From: Alphaproteobacteria bacterium | GTDB lineage: Bacteria; Pseudomonadota; Alphaproteobacteria; MPNO01 | DNA length: 64,000 bases | Reading direction: 5' to 3' | Assembly (NCBI GenBank): GCA_965200535.1 | Contig: CBDAUF010000001.1 | Location: 676,436 to 740,435, forward strand | Shown here: piece after piece, positions 40,164-51,016 of the stretch | Numbering within the stretch: position 1 is the first letter of the stretch | Layout: each line of letters begins with the position of its first letter | Position numbers and translations under genes: made by a program | Notes under the pieces: model-generated | What the model was told of the DNA's origin: nothing | The model's input: only the letters and a program-made list of their open reading frames with translations | Database searches by the model: none

Positions 40164-40653
40164 CGTCCGCCGGTGCGGACAGTGCCTTGTAGCGGCCCCG
40201 GTAATAGAGCAGCGGCCGGCAATCGTCGTCGCGGTACGCCATCTCACGGATCCGGCCGACGACGATGACGTGATCGCCGCCCTCGTGGATCGCGTGGGTA
40301 TCGCACTCCAGGTTGGCGAGGCAGCCGGGGAGAATCGGACTGCCGGTTTCCCAGGTGCTGTAGTCCACGCCGTTCCATTTGTCGGGCTGCGAGCGCGCGA
40401 AGTGGGTCGAAAGCCCCTCCTGATCCTCGCCCAGCACGTTCACCGCGAAGTGCCGGGACGCCTGGAACGCCTCGAAACTCATCGCCTTGCGGTCGAGGCA
40501 GAAGAGGCAGAGCGGCGGATCGAGGGAGAGCGAGGTGAACGAGTTGGCCGTCACGCCGTAGAGAGTTCCGTTCGCATCGGCCGTGGTGATGACGGTAATG
40601 CCGGTCACGAAACAGCCGAAGGCATCGCGCAGCGCCCTGGAATCCAAAGCCAT
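40129..40653 (-). CDS. Flavin reductase family protein
   Basis: FVTGITVIT, TANSFTSLSLDPPL, GGDHVI. Confidence 0.9.
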   Translation of the reverse strand: MALDSRALRDAFGCFVTGITVITTADANGTLYGVTANSFTSLSLDPPLCLFCLDRKAMSFEAFQASRHFAVNVLGEDQEGLSTHFARSQPDKWNGVDYSTWETGSPILPGCLANLECDTHAIHEGGDHVIVVGRIREMAYRDDDCRPLLYYRGRYKALSAPADVNASLKSDPSE

Positions 40654-40781
40654 TTCGTCTCCAGTCGTCCGGTCCCGTCACGCCGCGCCGAACCGAGTTC
40701 GGCCGCTCCTCGCAGGGGGTCCCTCCAGTCTAGTCGAGCGGACGGACTGCATCAAAGCGCAGCTCTCCGGCGCGGCGTCCG

Positions 40782-41204
40782 TCACGATTTGGCGGCGGCG
40801 GAGAAATAGACCCCGCGCCCGCTCGCGATCAGCCGGCCGCCGGCGTCGTGAACCGACGCCTCGGCCACCGCATTGGTGCTGCCGAGACGGACCACCCGCC
40901 CCCTGGCCATCAGGTCGCCGGGTTCGGCGACCCGGTGATAGTCCACCCGCAGGTCGACGGTCGGCACCGGCGTCCCGAGCTTGGCGGCGAGCGCGAAATC
41001 CGCTGTCACGTCGATCAACGCGCCGATGATGCCGCCGTGGGTGATCCTGAGCCTCGGGTTGGAGATCATTTCCTCGCGCCATTTCAGGCCGATCTCGATG
41101 CCGTCCTCGGTGCAGGAGACAATTTGCAACCCCATCCAGGCATTGAACGGGCTGGCCACCAGCCGCTCCTGCAACTTCTCGGTCGTGATTGCGTTTTCGG
41201 CCAT
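40782..41204 (-). CDS. PaaI family thioesterase
   Basis: HGGIIGALID, TVDLRVDY. Confidence 0.87.
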   Translation of the reverse strand: MAENAITTEKLQERLVASPFNAWMGLQIVSCTEDGIEIGLKWREEMISNPRLRITHGGIIGALIDVTADFALAAKLGTPVPTVDLRVDYHRVAEPGDLMARGRVVRLGSTNAVAEASVHDAGGRLIASGRGVYFSAAAKS

Positions 41205-41420
41205 TATTGTCTCCCTTACTTGCCCCCTATAAAATTCCACGATACCAAATAACTTATTGAATTTCAATGATTATTTTCCCGTTTTGGCACCTGCGGGAGC
41301 CAGCGCGCAGCGTGGCGCCCGCCGGAGAGGCCACGCGGACCCCGCCTTGTGGCCGCACGGGCGGGCAGCCCCTATTATTCCGGCGATGAAACACGAGACC
41401 GCAGAGACTCCGGGGCCGCG

Positions 41421-42158
41421 ATGACCGACCAGCCGCTCCGCCGGCCGGATCGTTTCTTCTTCGGCACGCGTGTCCTTCCCTGCCCGTATCTCCCCGGCCG
41501 CAGCGAGCGAAAGGTCGTCACCGACCTCAGCGGGCCGGGCGCAGACGAGATCTATGAGTTGATGTCGCGCGCCGGCTTCCGCCGCAGCCACAGGCTTGCC
41601 TACCGCCCGGCGTGCCCGAACTGCTCGGCGTGCGTCCCGATCCGTATCCGGGCAGGCGAGTTCCGGATGACCGGCTCGACCCGCCGCATCGCGCGGATCA
41701 ACGCCGATCTGGCCGCCGAAGACCTGCCCGCCGCCGCCACGGCCGAACAGTATCGGCTGTTCGCCCGCTACCAGCGCTCGCGCCATCGCGGCGGAGACAT
41801 GTCGTCGATGACCTTCGGCGACTACCGATCGATGGTCGAGGATACGCCGATCGACACGCGGTCAATCGAGTTCCGCGCTCCCGACGGCACGCTTCTTGCG
41901 GTCATGCTGGCCGACCGCCTGCGCGATTCTCTGTCGGCGGTTTACAGCTTTTTCTCGCCGGACGAGCCGCGCCGCAGCCTCGGCACCTACATGATCTGCT
42001 GGCTGGCGGAGAGGGCGGCCGCCGACGGCCTCGCCCACGTCTATCTCGGTTACTGGATCGAGGACTGCGCCAAGATGGCCTACAAGGTTCGTTTCCGCCC
42101 GGTCGAGATTCTCGGCGCTAACGGGTGGCGCGAATACCGGCCGGACCGCACCGAGTAA
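41421..42158 (+). CDS. ate: Arginyltransferase-like (bacterial Asp/Glu leucyltransferase Bpt)
   Basis: CPYLPGR, GFRRS, YRPACPNC, SAVYSFF, YLGYWI, KMAYK. Confidence 0.9.
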   Translation: MTDQPLRRPDRFFFGTRVLPCPYLPGRSERKVVTDLSGPGADEIYELMSRAGFRRSHRLAYRPACPNCSACVPIRIRAGEFRMTGSTRRIARINADLAAEDLPAAATAEQYRLFARYQRSRHRGGDMSSMTFGDYRSMVEDTPIDTRSIEFRAPDGTLLAVMLADRLRDSLSAVYSFFSPDEPRRSLGTYMICWLAERAAADGLAHVYLGYWIEDCAKMAYKVRFRPVEILGANGWREYRPDRTE

Positions 42159-42164
42159 CCCGCC

Positions 42165-44822
42165 TCAGAAATTGAGCGAGATGTCCCGGTGGGTGGCGAG
42201 GCACCCCGACAGCACGCTCGCCTGTTCGGCGGTAAGGCGGTCCTGCTGGCGGACGCCGATGCTATCGCGAATGACCAGGTCGTAGGTCTCCAGCCCGGGA
42301 GCCAAGTCGACACCGGCGCGCGACCGCCAGGCAAGTTCGGTGCGGAAACGCTGGACCGCCTGTTCGTATTCGCGCATCGCCTTCTCGCGGTTGGGCGTGC
42401 GGCGGCGCAGTTCGCGCCGGGCGCGCGACAGCTTGCTGCGGATATGGCCGGCCCCCGCCACCTTGGCGATGGCGCGCTCGACCGTCCGCACCTCCTCGAC
42501 CGCCGCGGCGGGGGCGGCGCCGGCGACGACGGTGCGCAGGCCGGACAGCGGACCTTCGAGCGCAGCCAGCTTGTCGGTGTCGCCGATAACGCCACGCAGC
42601 GTCGTCACCGCGTCATAGGCGCTGTCGACATTTCGCCGGTAGGCGAGGCGGGCGCGGCGTTCGGCCGTGGTCAGCGCCTGGAACCGTTTCTCGATGCCCT
42701 TCCAGTCGCCGGGGATGCGCGCTTCCAGCGCCTGACGGTCGCGCACCAGCGCGTCGATTTCCGCGCGCAGCGCGGCGGCCGTGGTCGGATCGGTGTCCGC
42801 GCCGGTGCGCCGGGCCTGGGCTTCCAACTCCTTTCGTTCCTCCTCCAGCCGGCGAATATCGGCCTGCAGCCGCCGCACCTGGCGATGGATCGGCCGGTAA
42901 GACGGCGTCATCGCAGCGACCGCCGCCTCGGCTTCGCGCACCTTTGCGACGCGCGCGAAGGTCGCGTCCGCAGCGTCGAGCCCTTCTGCAAAGACCCGCC
43001 GGCGCGTCTCAGGCAGGTAGCTCAGGTCGAGGCTCCGGGCGGCCGCGATACCCTGGCGAAGCCGATTGCGTTCAGCGTCGTAGCGCTCGAACAGGTGGTC
43101 TTCGAGGCATAGCTGAAGGCGCGGATTCTTGGGCGGCGGCGCGGTCTCGGAACTGAGATAGACGCGGTTCGGCAGGTAGTTCACCAGCGCCGGGAACACA
43201 CCGACGATGGCAAGCCCGACGAGTTGCAGAAGGATAAACGGGACGACGCCCAGATAGATCTGGGTCGTCTTGACCTCGGGCGGCGCAACACCGCGCAGAT
43301 AGAACAATGCGAACCCGAAAGGCGGGGTCAGGAAGGACGTCTGCATGTTGACGCCGATCATCACCCCGAGCCAGACCGCGGTGACGTTGGCGGACGTGTC
43401 GGCGAGCAGGATCGGGGCAATGATCGGCACCACGACCACTGCGATCTCGATGAAGTCCAGGAAGAAACCGAGAATGAAGATCACCGCCATGACGACGGCA
43501 AACTTGGTATAGAACCCGCCGGGCAGCCCGCTGAGGAAATCGCGCACCCCGTCCTCTCCGCCGAAGGCGCGGAAGGCGGCGGTGAGCATCGCCGCCCCGA
43601 GCAGGATGATGAAGACCAGCGAGGTCGTCTTCGCGGTCTCGATCATCACGCCGTTCAGGGTGTCGTCGATCCGGTAGGCGCGCCACGCGCTCCACAACAC
43701 CGCCGCCACGAAGGCGGCGGTCGCGACGGCCGCCAGCGCAACGACAATCGCGTCGGTGTCGCCCTTGATGTTCTTGACGTTGATGTCGAAGAAGTAGAGA
43801 AGCCCCGCCATCGCCAGCACCGCGGCGATGGCGAGCAGCGCCGGGGTGAACGCACCCTGCTCCCCCGCCCGAAGCCGGTAGCCGGCCATGATCAGCGCGC
43901 CCACCGCCCCGATCGCCCCGGCCTGGTTGACCGTCGCGATGCCGAGGATGATCGAACCCAGCACCATGAAGATCAGTGTCAACGGCGGGACCAGCGCGAC
44001 CAGCACTCGCTGCAGGAAGCGCCAGTCGAAGTCTCCCTCGAAGGGAACCGGCGGCGCGGTGCGCGGCCGGATCAACGCCAGCGTCAGGATATAGATCATG
44101 TAGAGGCCGACCAGGACGAGGCCCGGCAGGAGCGCGCCGACGAACATGTCGCCCGCGCTGGTCGAGGTCAGGTCGAACTCGGTCGGCATGTTGAACTGGC
44201 CGGTCGCCTGCTTGTACTCGGTCGTGCGCAGTGTGCTTGCCTGGTCCGTCGCGCTCGACAACTGGTCGGCGAGGATGATCAGCACGATCGACGGCGGGAT
44301 GATCTGGCCGAGCGTGCCGGAAGCGCTGATCGTGCCGGTGGCGAGCGAACGCGAATAGTTGTTGCGCAGCATCACCGGCAGCGAGATCAGACCCATCGCG
44401 ATCACCGTCGCGCCGACGATTCCGGTCGTCGCCGCCAGCAGCGCGCCGACGAACACGACCGCGATCCCGAGGCCGCCCGGGATCGGCCCGAAGAGCTGCG
44501 CCATGGTGACGAGCAGGTCCTCCGCCACCTTGGAGCGTTCGAGCATGATCCCCATGAAGACGAAGAGCGGGATCGCGATCAGCGTGTCGCGCTCGACCTC
44601 CCAGTAGATTCCGCGGAAGTTGGTGACCCCCGCGTTGAGCCACTGGGTGGGGCCGCCGTGGCTGAAATAGGCGTCTGTGTCGCCCGCGAAGACATAGCCG
44701 GTCAGCGCCGCAAGACCGATGGTCAGGATCGCCGACCCCGGCAGTGCGAAGGCCACCGGATAGCCCGAGGCAAGGGCGAAGGCCATCGACAGGATCAGGA
44801 GGGCGAGAAAGACCGTTTCCAT
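42165..44822 (-). CDS. dctM: TRAP large permease with long C-terminal helical extension
   Basis: IPLFVFMG, GTLGQIIPPS, SFLTPPFG; then ~330 aa charged helical tail. Confidence 0.9.
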   Translation of the reverse strand: METVFLALLILSMAFALASGYPVAFALPGSAILTIGLAALTGYVFAGDTDAYFSHGGPTQWLNAGVTNFRGIYWEVERDTLIAIPLFVFMGIMLERSKVAEDLLVTMAQLFGPIPGGLGIAVVFVGALLAATTGIVGATVIAMGLISLPVMLRNNYSRSLATGTISASGTLGQIIPPSIVLIILADQLSSATDQASTLRTTEYKQATGQFNMPTEFDLTSTSAGDMFVGALLPGLVLVGLYMIYILTLALIRPRTAPPVPFEGDFDWRFLQRVLVALVPPLTLIFMVLGSIILGIATVNQAGAIGAVGALIMAGYRLRAGEQGAFTPALLAIAAVLAMAGLLYFFDINVKNIKGDTDAIVVALAAVATAAFVAAVLWSAWRAYRIDDTLNGVMIETAKTTSLVFIILLGAAMLTAAFRAFGGEDGVRDFLSGLPGGFYTKFAVVMAVIFILGFFLDFIEIAVVVVPIIAPILLADTSANVTAVWLGVMIGVNMQTSFLTPPFGFALFYLRGVAPPEVKTTQIYLGVVPFILLQLVGLAIVGVFPALVNYLPNRVYLSSETAPPPKNPRLQLCLEDHLFERYDAERNRLRQGIAAARSLDLSYLPETRRRVFAEGLDAADATFARVAKVREAEAAVAAMTPSYRPIHRQVRRLQADIRRLEEERKELEAQARRTGADTDPTTAAALRAEIDALVRDRQALEARIPGDWKGIEKRFQALTTAERRARLAYRRNVDSAYDAVTTLRGVIGDTDKLAALEGPLSGLRTVVAGAAPAAAVEEVRTVERAIAKVAGAGHIRSKLSRARRELRRRTPNREKAMREYEQAVQRFRTELAWRSRAGVDLAPGLETYDLVIRDSIGVRQQDRLTAEQASVLSGCLATHRDISLNF

Positions 44823-45820
44823 CAGGCGCCGTCCGCCGGCTCCGGCTCACGCAGAAGGGTTGCGGCGCTGGCAAGGAACTGGCTCAGGAACTGGGCCAGC
44901 ATCGACAGCGCGTAGATCAGCAGGAACCCGGCCATGAGGTATTTGACGTACATGCCGTAGCCGCTCTGCGAGACCTCGAAACTGAGCAGCGGCGCGTTTA
45001 TCAGATTGGACCGGCTCCACATGCCGCTGGTCAGGATCACCCAGCACAGCGGCACCCCGAGCAGCGCCGCGCCGACCGCGTTGGCCCACGCCTTCCCGCG
45101 CGGGCTGAACCCGGTGTAGAGCAAATCGACCCGCACATGACCCTCGTGAACCAGGGTATAGGCGCTCGCGAACAGGAACAGTGCGGCGTACCAGAACCGG
45201 ACCAGATCGCCCATGAACGCCTGTTCGTAGGAAAAGACGAAGCGCGCGAGGACGATCTGGAGTTCCGCTAGCACGATCAGGAAGGCGAGCCAGGTGAACC
45301 CGACCGACCGGGTGAACGCGGCGATCACCAGCGCCGCGACGATCAGCGGATAGTGCACGTAACTGCCGCGGAAGCGCGACCGGCCGAGAGAATCGGCAAG
45401 CCCGGTGCCGACCGTGTCGGCGAGCAGCCCCTCGACGCGCAGGAACGAGATGGCCATATCGACGAGCCCGACCAGGAGGACCGCCCAGAAGGCGGCGCGC
45501 GCGATATAGGCGGCCGCTGCCGACAGGATCGCCGCGTCGCTCCGCATCGAGCGCGCCCGCGACCATGCATAGACGACGGGCGCGAGGATCGCCGCGGCAT
45601 AGGCGGCGAACTGCATCCAGCCGAGCGCCAAGCCGGTGCCGTCGAGCCCGGGCTGCGGCGCCTCCGCACCGAAGAGGCCGAGGTGGCCGAACAGCCCCTC
45701 CAGACCCGGCCAGCCGCGCCAGAAAATCAGGTAGTTGCAGACGGAAAATACGACCGCGACCAGGGCCGTCGCGAATGTCAGGCTGCGCAGCGCGCTCGCC
45801 GGCCACCCGGCGGCCGTCAC
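44822..45820 (-). CDS. dctQ: TRAP small permease (extended DctQ)
   Basis: ARFVFSYEQ, EGHVRVDLLY. Confidence 0.85.
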   Translation of the reverse strand: MTAAGWPASALRSLTFATALVAVVFSVCNYLIFWRGWPGLEGLFGHLGLFGAEAPQPGLDGTGLALGWMQFAAYAAAILAPVVYAWSRARSMRSDAAILSAAAAYIARAAFWAVLLVGLVDMAISFLRVEGLLADTVGTGLADSLGRSRFRGSYVHYPLIVAALVIAAFTRSVGFTWLAFLIVLAELQIVLARFVFSYEQAFMGDLVRFWYAALFLFASAYTLVHEGHVRVDLLYTGFSPRGKAWANAVGAALLGVPLCWVILTSGMWSRSNLINAPLLSFEVSQSGYGMYVKYLMAGFLLIYALSMLAQFLSQFLASAATLLREPEPADGA

Positions 45821-45874
45821 ACCGCTGCCCCGCCGGCGGAAAGGTGGGGACGTTTCATACGCCGTCGCCGTACC

Positions 45875-45905
45875 GGCGGGAGGGCGGACCGGTCGCCCTC
45901 CCGCC
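45875..45905 (-). other. Intergenic stem-loop downstream of the binding-protein gene
   Basis: GGCGGGAGGGCG-N7-CGCCCTCCCGCC perfect 12-bp stem. Confidence 0.6.
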
Positions 45906-45919
45906 CTGCGGCTCGCGGA

Positions 45920-47014
45920 TCAGACGCCGAGCACGCGGTTGCGCTGAGCCAGATAGGCCTGATCGGAGATCTTGGTCCACCCGCCGACATCCTTGCGCGC
46001 CTTCAGGAAGCTCTGGTGGATCTCGTTGGCAAGATCGCTGTGCGCCCGCGCGGCCTCGAAGACCTCGTCGGAGGCCTCGCCGAAACTGTCGTAGACGTCG
46101 TCATTGAACTTGCGCAGCTTGACGCCGTGATCGCTGATCAGGCGTGCGAGAGCGGCGCCGTTCTTGGCGTTGTACTCCGACATCATGACGTCGTTTTCCA
46201 TGCCGGCGGCGGCTTCGATGACGGCCTGGTCGGACTTGGAGAGCTTGCCCCACCACGACGCGTTCATCCCCATCGACAGCATCGCTCCCGGCTCGTGCAT
46301 GCCGGGATAGTAGTAATATTTGGCCGCCTCGTAGAACTTCATGAAGCTGTCGTTCCATGGACCGACCCATTCGGTGGCGTCGATCGCGCCGGAAACCAGG
46401 TTCTCGTAGATCTGGCCGCCGGGCAGCGAAACCGGAGATGCGCCAAGCTTGGCCATCACGTCCCCGCCGAGGCCGGGGATACGCATCTTGAGGCCCTTGA
46501 GGTCGTCCGAGGAGTTGATTTCCTTGTTGAACCAGCCGCCCATCTGGACGCCGGTATTGCCCGCCATGACACACTTGAGGCCGTAGCTTGCGGCGAGCTT
46601 GTCCCACAATTCCTGACCGCCGCCGAAGCGGATCCAAGCGTTGAGCTCTGTATAGGTCAGGCCGAACGGGACGGCGGTGAAATAGGCCCAGCCAGGATGC
46701 TTGCCTTTCCAGTAGTAGTCGGCGGCGTGATAGGCCTGCGCGTTGCCCGAAGCCACCTCGTCGAAGGAGTCGAAGGCGCCGACACGCTCCTTGGCGGCGA
46801 AATACTGGACATGGATGCGGCCGTCCGTCATGTCGGAGATGCGCTTGGCCAGCCGCTGCGCCCCGGTGCCGAGCCCCGGGAAGTCGCGCGGCCATGTGGT
46901 AACCATGACCATCTCGGTACGCTTCTGCGCGACCGCCGGAGCGGCGAGCGTGGTTGCGGCGGCGGCGCCCGCGACGCCGGCGCCGGCCTTGGTCAGGAAT
47001 TTGCGTCTCTTCAT
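45920..47014 (-). CDS. TRAP substrate-binding protein, TakP-like, Tat-exported
   Basis: KRRKFL Tat motif, QMGGWF, KMRIPGLGG, DATEWVGP. Confidence 0.9.
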   Translation of the reverse strand: MKRRKFLTKAGAGVAGAAAATTLAAPAVAQKRTEMVMVTTWPRDFPGLGTGAQRLAKRISDMTDGRIHVQYFAAKERVGAFDSFDEVASGNAQAYHAADYYWKGKHPGWAYFTAVPFGLTYTELNAWIRFGGGQELWDKLAASYGLKCVMAGNTGVQMGGWFNKEINSSDDLKGLKMRIPGLGGDVMAKLGASPVSLPGGQIYENLVSGAIDATEWVGPWNDSFMKFYEAAKYYYYPGMHEPGAMLSMGMNASWWGKLSKSDQAVIEAAAGMENDVMMSEYNAKNGAALARLISDHGVKLRKFNDDVYDSFGEASDEVFEAARAHSDLANEIHQSFLKARKDVGGWTKISDQAYLAQRNRVLGV

Positions 47015-47077
47015 CGGGGAGCTCCCTGCTGGGGATGGTGTCGTCGCCGACTTCTCTAGCAGATTCGGCGGAACGGC

Positions 47078-49345
47078 TCAATTTCCGCGGCCGGGGGCCG
47101 GATCCTGCAACCCGTCGCGGGAAAAACGGTTGGAGCGGGGGAAACCCCTGGGCGGAGCACGGCCGGCCTGGCCCCGTTTTCCGGTCCACGGGTCGAGTGC
47201 GCGCTCCCTCCGCATCCGCTGCCCGGAGGGCCAGGCAAGCCCGTCGGCGAGGGCGAAGACGGCGACGTCGGACAGCCCGCCCCGGGCGTAGCGCTGCATG
47301 ATGACGCCGCGCCCGCGGGTCATCTCGGGCAAATCTGCGAGGGGGAAGACCAGCACCTTCCGGTTGTTTCCGACGACCGCGACGCTGTCCCCTTCCGCGC
47401 GCACACAGGCCTGCGCCTCGGCCCCGGGCGACAGGTTGAGGACCTGTTTCCCGGCGCGGGTCTGCGCCGCCACGGCGTCCTCCGGCACCGCGAAACCGCG
47501 CCCGTCGGACGCCGCGACCACCAGCTTGCCGCCGGGCCGATGCACCAGGAGTTGGACGATGTCCTGGTCGTTGCCGAGATCGACCATCAGCCGGACCGGT
47601 TCGCCGTGGCCCCGCCCGTCGGGGAGCCGGCTGCAGGGGATGGTGTAGAACCGGCCGTTGGTGCCGAAGGCGAGCAGCCGGTCGGCGCTGTGGGCATGAA
47701 GCGCGAACCGTCCGTGATCGCCGTCCTTGAACTTGAGGCCCGCGAGATCCTGTTGATGGCCGCGAACCGCGCGGATCCAGCCCTTTTGCGAGCAGACGAC
47801 GGTGATCGGCTCGCTCTCCAGCGCTGACTCGGGCGGCGTCTCGGGGGCAACCGGCGCATCGACGATCGCGGTGCGCCTCGCGCCGCCCGCGCTGTCGCCG
47901 CCGAAACGGGCGCGGACATCGCGGATCTCGCCGGCGATCCGCTGCCAGCGCAGCTTTGCCGTCCGTTCCAGCCGTCGGAGGTCCTTCTGTTCGGACTCCA
48001 GCGCCGCGTGCTCCTTTCTGATCTCCGCCTCCTCGAGCCGGCGGAGTGCGCGCAGCCGCATGTTGAGAATGGTCTCGACCTGGGCCTCGGTCATCTCCCA
48101 CCGCGCGATCATCGCCGCCTTCGGGTCGTCGTCCTCGCGGATAATGCGGATGATCTCGTCCAGATTGGCGAAGGCGATGAGGTAGCCCGCGAGCACCTCG
48201 AGCCGGCGGGCGATCTTTTCCAGACGGTGCCGGGTCCGTCGGCGCAGGATGTCATGGCGGTGATCGAGAAAGCCCCGCAAGAGCTGCCTCAGGTTCATCA
48301 CCGCGGGCACCCTTCCATCCTCGAGCACGTTCATGTTGATCGAGACCCTGGTCTCGAGGTCGGTGAGGCGGAAGAGTTGCGCCATCATCGCCTCCGGATC
48401 GACGGACCGGGAGCGCGGTTCGAGGACGAGGCGCAGATCCTCCGCCGACTCGTCGCGCACATCGGCGAGCAGGGCGGCCTTCCGCTCGCCGATCAGCGCC
48501 GCGATGCGCTCGATCAGCCGTCCCTTCTGGGTCTGGTAGGGGATCTCCGTGACCACGACCTGATACTGGCCGTGGCTCAACCGCTCGACCTCCCAGCGCG
48601 CGCGCAGACGCAAGCCGCCCCGGCCGGTTGCGTAGGCTTCCTCGATCGTCGAACGCGGTTCGGCGAGAACGCCGCCGGTCGGAAAATCGGGCCCGGGGAC
48701 CAGATCGACCAGGCTGGCGTTGGTGGCATCGGGGTGGTCGATCAGGTGGAGCGCCGCGCTGCACACCTCGCTCAGATTGTGCGGCGGGATGCTGGTCGCC
48801 ATGCCGACGGCGATGCCGCTCGCCCCGTTGCACAGGAGGTTGGGAACGCTCGCCGGCAGCACCGCAGGCTCGTCGTCGGTGCCGTCGTAATTGGCGCGGA
48901 AATCGACCGCGTCCTCGTCGATCCCCTCCAGCAGGGCGAGCGCGTAGCGCGTCAGCCGCGCCTCGGTGTAACGCATGGCGGCCGCGCCGTCTCCGTCGAT
49001 GTTGCCGAAGTTCCCCTGCCCTTCGATCAACGGGTAGCGCACCGCGAAGTCCTGCGCCATGCGCACCATGGCGTCATAGATCGCGTGATCGCCGTGCGGA
49101 TGGAACTTGCCCATCACGTCGCCCACCACCCGGGCGCATTTCTTGAACCCGGAGTCGGGGTCGAGCCGAAGCTGGCGCATCGCGAACAGGAGCCGTCGGT
49201 GGACCGGCTTCAGCCCGTCGCGCAGGTCGGGCAGCGAACGCGCCGAAATCGTCGACAGCGCGTAGGCAAGATAGCGCTCGCCGAGCGCCTCGGTCAGCGG
49301 AATCTCGCGGGTTGCGGGTTCGAAGAGGTCTGCCTGGTCAACCAT
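47078..49345 (-). CDS. parC: DNA topoisomerase IV subunit A
   Basis: [26 protein letters not shown]. Confidence 0.95.
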   Translation of the reverse strand: MVDQADLFEPATREIPLTEALGERYLAYALSTISARSLPDLRDGLKPVHRRLLFAMRQLRLDPDSGFKKCARVVGDVMGKFHPHGDHAIYDAMVRMAQDFAVRYPLIEGQGNFGNIDGDGAAAMRYTEARLTRYALALLEGIDEDAVDFRANYDGTDDEPAVLPASVPNLLCNGASGIAVGMATSIPPHNLSEVCSAALHLIDHPDATNASLVDLVPGPDFPTGGVLAEPRSTIEEAYATGRGGLRLRARWEVERLSHGQYQVVVTEIPYQTQKGRLIERIAALIGERKAALLADVRDESAEDLRLVLEPRSRSVDPEAMMAQLFRLTDLETRVSINMNVLEDGRVPAVMNLRQLLRGFLDHRHDILRRRTRHRLEKIARRLEVLAGYLIAFANLDEIIRIIREDDDPKAAMIARWEMTEAQVETILNMRLRALRRLEEAEIRKEHAALESEQKDLRRLERTAKLRWQRIAGEIRDVRARFGGDSAGGARRTAIVDAPVAPETPPESALESEPITVVCSQKGWIRAVRGHQQDLAGLKFKDGDHGRFALHAHSADRLLAFGTNGRFYTIPCSRLPDGRGHGEPVRLMVDLGNDQDIVQLLVHRPGGKLVVAASDGRGFAVPEDAVAAQTRAGKQVLNLSPGAEAQACVRAEGDSVAVVGNNRKVLVFPLADLPEMTRGRGVIMQRYARGGLSDVAVFALADGLAWPSGQRMRRERALDPWTGKRGQAGRAPPRGFPRSNRFSRDGLQDPAPGRGN

Positions 49346-50090
49346 GGGATCCGGTCGATAGGTGAGAGCGGGATCGTCGTTCCATCGCGTCGTAAAGCCG
49401 CACCCGGGCAGCCGGCATCCGGCGCTCGGTCGGCGCCAGGGCCTGCCGGATGAGGAAATCCCCGGTCAGACGGAGCGCCGCGGCAACCGCAGCAGGATCG
49501 GCCGACTCGCCGGAGTCGATCAAGAACGGCGGCAGCGCGAAGAGGCGGTTTTGGTAGGCCCGTCCGGCCTCGCGCGAAACCGCGCGTCCGGTGCGCGGCG
49601 ACACGAAGGCGAGATCCTCCGTCTGCCCGGTGACGGCGCAGCGGGAGAGGTCCAGCCCGAAGCCGAGCCCGGCGAGAAGCGCGAGTTCGAACCGGGCGTA
49701 CGACTCCGCCCACACGGGTGTGGAGAGGCGGTCGAGAAGACCCACGAAGGCTGCGAACACGGTGCCGTTGGGCTCGCGCTCGGGCAGGGTCGCCTCGACC
49801 AGCGCGGCGGCCGCACCAAGCGCGGCGAGCGGCTGCCCGGTATCCAGCAGGTCAGCCGCATAGGCCCGCACCAACTCGCCCCGATAGCTGCCGAGATGAT
49901 CGGACAGCCGCGCGCGCCAGGTCGCGGCGATGCGGTTGCCGATCTGGTAGACCGCCCGTCCGGTGCGCCCGGTCCCGCCGCGGACCAGCCCGGCGTGGAG
50001 GCCGTGCGCCTCGGTCAGCAGCTTGACGATGAGCGACGACTCGCCGTGTTTCGACCGGGCGATGACGATGCCGTTATCGTGCCAGTCCAT
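49338..50090 (-). CDS. recO: DNA repair protein RecO
   Basis: MDWHDNG..HGE, LGFGLDLSRCAVTG, VSPRTGRAV; follows era. Confidence 0.92.
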   Translation of the reverse strand: MDWHDNGIVIARSKHGESSLIVKLLTEAHGLHAGLVRGGTGRTGRAVYQIGNRIAATWRARLSDHLGSYRGELVRAYAADLLDTGQPLAALGAAAALVEATLPEREPNGTVFAAFVGLLDRLSTPVWAESYARFELALLAGLGFGLDLSRCAVTGQTEDLAFVSPRTGRAVSREAGRAYQNRLFALPPFLIDSGESADPAAVAAALRLTGDFLIRQALAPTERRMPAARVRLYDAMERRSRSHLSTGSHG

Positions 50091-50101
50091 CGCGCGTCCC
50101 G

Positions 50102-51016
50102 TCAGACGTTGAAATCGAGCCCCCAGGGCGAGAAACGCTCCGGGTCGTCGCCCCATTTCCGGCGCACCTTGACGAAGACGAACAGGTGCACGCGGCGGTC
50201 CAACATGGCTTCGAGCTCGGCCGCGGCCTGCTCGCGTACGGCCTTGATCCGGGCGCCCCGATGGCCGAGGACGATCCCCTTCTGGCTGTCCCGCTCGACG
50301 AATACCGTCTGTGCGATGCGGACGCTGCCGTCGTCGAAACTTTCCCACTCGTCGGTCTCGACGGTGAGGGCATACGGCAGTTCCTCGTGGAGCCTCTCGA
50401 ACAGTTTTTCGCGGGTAATCTCCGCGGCGAAGAGCCGCTCGTTGGTATCGGAGAGCTGGTCTTCGGGGTACAGCCAGGGGCCGGGCGGCACGGCGGCCGC
50501 GAGATGGCCCGCGAGGTCCGCGACCCCGTCCCCGGTCGTCGCCGAGATCATGAATGTCGCCTCGAACGCACAGGCGGCGTTGGCGTCGCGGGCGAGGGCC
50601 AGTGTGGTTTCCCGCCTGAGGAGGTCGATCTTGTTGAGCGCCAGCACGCGGCGCGTGTCGGCGCCGGAAAGCGAGGACAGGATCGCGTCCGTCTCGTCGT
50701 CCAGCCCCTTCCGCGCGTCGATCAGCATCAGGCGGAGATCGGCGTCGGCCGCGCCGGTCCAGGCGGCGGCGACCATCGCCCGGTCGAAACGGCGGCGCGG
50801 CGCGAAGATGCCGGGCGTATCGACATAGACAATCTGCGCCGACCCCTCGACGGCGACGCCGCTCACCCGGTAACGCGTGGTCTGCGCCTTGGCGGTGACG
50901 ATGGAGACCTTGGCGCCGACGAGGCGGTTGGTCAGCGTCGACTTGCCGGCGTTGGGGGCGCCGATCACGGCGACGAAGCCGCATCGCCGTCCGTCGCCCG
51001 GGCCGCGGTCAGCCAC
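50102..51016 (-). CDS. era: GTPase Era
   Basis: GAPNAGKS, QTTR, DTPG, NKID, EELPY. Confidence 0.95.
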   Translation of the reverse strand: MADRGPGDGRRCGFVAVIGAPNAGKSTLTNRLVGAKVSIVTAKAQTTRYRVSGVAVEGSAQIVYVDTPGIFAPRRRFDRAMVAAAWTGAADADLRLMLIDARKGLDDETDAILSSLSGADTRRVLALNKIDLLRRETTLALARDANAACAFEATFMISATTGDGVADLAGHLAAAVPPGPWLYPEDQLSDTNERLFAAEITREKLFERLHEELPYALTVETDEWESFDDGSVRIAQTVFVERDSQKGIVLGHRGARIKAVREQAAAELEAMLDRRVHLFVFVKVRRKWGDDPERFSPWGLDFNV

